Notes under the pieces: generated by a model
The model's input: the letters and a program-made list of their open reading frames with translations, nothing else
What the model was told of the DNA's origin: nothing
The model's database searches: none
Position numbers and translations under genes: made by a program
NCBI RefSeq assembly: GCF_001194135.2
Contig: NC_068998.1
Coordinates: 22,055,808-22,089,582, forward strand
DNA from: Octopus bimaculoides
Lineage: Eukaryota
Length of the DNA: 33,775 nt
Direction of reading: 5' to 3'
In this document: piece after piece, positions 31,141-33,775 of the stretch
How the letters are laid out: each line of letters begins with the position of its first letter
Numbering within the stretch: the stretch's first letter is position 1

Positions 31141-33775
31141 ATATACATCGTTGAAAATAAATGCATCGTTAAGTGTCTTTACAGATCGGAATCCTGGTGA
31201 CTTAACTCTTGTAAATGTACAGTGAATATAATTATACAATGAAAGAAGTTTAGAATTTTAAATTTTAGCTTAGTCGGTCCACATAAATATTTCTGTAAGC
31301 TATGATATAAAAGTTTAAAGCTATATGTTGTTTGTTTCACTAATATATATCATACAGGATTGAATCATATCAGTGATGCTATTGATTGTAGTGCCATACA
31401 GTGCTATATAGGCGTAGTCTGGCAAGTTGTCATATTCAATAATATCTACACTCATTCGGTATATACTGTACCAAAACCTACACCTCCATATGTGTTATTA
31501 TTAGAGACGTGAACTTTGCTATTTAGAATTTAAAATAATTTTCTTAGTCATAATTAAACGCCAAAGGCTTGACATAAACGATCATCGTTCCAACTACTAC
31601 AGTAGCATTACATCAAATTATCAAACTGTGACTCCTCAGATAGGCTATGAATAAGAATAATGCATCCTAAGTAAGATAGAAAAAAAACAGCATTGTAAAC
31701 ATTTGATAAATTTTAATCTAGGAAGAGAATATTCAAAGATCGGTACCTGAAACGGGGTTGGGCTGGATAATGTAAATATATTTGTTCTCCAGATAATTTG
31801 AACAAATGCCAGATTAATATGATTTAGAATTAAACAACATATGGCAATGGCAAGTTTTCGTTGCTTCATGTTGTGATTTGATTTAAAGTTATTTATATAA
31901 TACCTGCTGCTAAAACTTGTGGAAAATGTTGCTTCAACTTTTCGTGACGATTCTATTTCTTTTAGATATTTCTATATTTTTGTAACAGTTTAAGGTGGCG
32001 TACAAACTGTACGTAACTTATAATTCCAATTGAATTACTTTTTCTGAAGTTAATACACATAATCGCTGGTATCATATTCATTGCAATTAAAATCTGTTTC
32101 CGTTTCTATTACCTATACGTAAGATTTAGTTACACATATTAAAGGGTATATAGCATTTTTAATATAATTGTAGCACATCACTATATCCCTTCTTTCTAAT
32201 GCAATGTGGGTTGCGTCAATTGTAAATATGAAAATAAAATACAACAATAGTGAGACTACTGAGTACTCAATCGATTGAACTTGGATATTTTAAATTCCTT
32301 CTTTTAATATATTTCTTCTCAAAATCATTTCATGAAACTTGTAGCTTAACCAGACATAATATTATAATATAATTGCTTTTCTAGGAATATTTATCTCTAC
32401 CATCTTTTTCGTTGATTATACAAAGGGTTTTTACTATTTTATGTTTACTTAAAAACAGAAATTTACTCATTACTCCAATCTTCAAAGCTAAGGCTGGAAA
32501 ATGAGGTACACTTAACATTAAAGATACTTATATATACTCTGTGTTCTACATAAATGCATCTTCAATTAACTAAAAGGCCAACTAAAATATCATAGGCGCA
32601 TGATAATAAGATACCCCTGTGTATAGGGATACAAAGAAATATTTCTCTGGGTAAGAAATGAATAATTTGGGGGACAACCATTTTTGAACTAGATATGTAT
32701 GAAGATAACCACTGACTTCTTAGTAATCATGAGATCAATTGGAATTTTACACAATTTCTGTATTTTCCACAGCCGAGGCTTTCAAATAACTGTACAATTC
32801 ATTATTATTATTATCAGTATGAATGTCGCAAAATGACTGATATCTAAGCACATAAAATACAGTGTAGATGAACCTTAAATTTAATATGGCATTAATAGGA
32901 TGATGACAAGTAGAAAGATAGCAACTAAAAGGCGTGCATTACTGAATGAAACTCGACTGAATAAAGCCAAACTTTCTTTTCATCATGAATTTGACAAGAA
33001 AATTTCTATTTCTATGAAAGTGTCATAAATAATGAACCAAATTATCTATTTCAATCCGATTTATTTAATATGATAATAAATTTATCCGAAATGCCTTTTC
33101 AATATATGCAATTTTACTGATTTCTCAGAAATATTGTAAAATATGTATACAATTATACTAACTCTCGTTTGCGTTTATATGCAAACTCGAAGGCATTAAA
33201 ACACTCATGCAGATTTAAGATTTATGAACGCGTCTCATATATCTGTATGCCATTCAGATATTTATATAAGATGCATGATTGTGATTTTCCTTTCGTCCGT
33301 GTCAGATGACAACTTTGATTTGATCGAATGGTCTTTATATAAATTGCATTTGTAATTTGCTATCATGGATTATTGATTACCATTCAAAAAATCTGAGTAA
33401 CAGAGGTGAAAATAATGAAATACCAAATTCTATCGATTTGCTTTTTCTCTCATAATATAGTTTCTGCTCATGTTACATAATAACACTATATTGGTCACAT
33501 AGGACCTTGTCGGGTGATGCGGCAGAATAACGTGAAAACATTTAAGAACTGCAAACAGCGCAGTGGTTTTATGGCACACCAAGTGCATCTATTTCCATTT
33601 ATATGTATATATACAAAACTAGTAATATATAATGGTCATTACATATGTTTCCTTATTGCAGTAGATTTGAGTTAATGCCGTTTCCATTTGTCATTATAAA
33701 TTCATTATTGGTTGGCTTACTGAATTGATACGTCCCTCTATTATTATATATACGTTTATATATATATATATATAT

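Overview
AT-rich eukaryotic (animal) genomic DNA with two assembly gaps (N 22213-22285 and 25574-25583). Dense microsatellites and the tRNA-derived SINE types suggest a cephalopod, probably Octopus; this is recognition from memory, not a database result. No host protein-coding gene can be supported, and most ORFs in the track are microsatellite or antisense artefacts. The window is a transposon graveyard containing: a decayed Ty3/Gypsy (Mag/K02A2.6-like) LTR element with both LTRs (1126-4977); the 3' end of a Tx1/L1-type LINE flanked by (TATC)n arrays; a full-length dead mariner; an R4/Dong-like RT relic; a FLYWCH-MULE transposase pseudogene with a 15-bp terminal array; an internally deleted Merlin (IS1016/IS1595-like) transposon missing from the ORF track; an RTE-like RT relic; several SINEs; and a possible non-autonomous Helitron. 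The most interesting signal is a set of hammerhead-ribozyme-like motifs (556-602, 6335-6366, 28082-28110, 28250-28278, and a weak one at 25417-25486). Two of them lie head-to-head in a ~390-bp fold-back element whose arms jointly reconstruct an intact minimal hammerhead.
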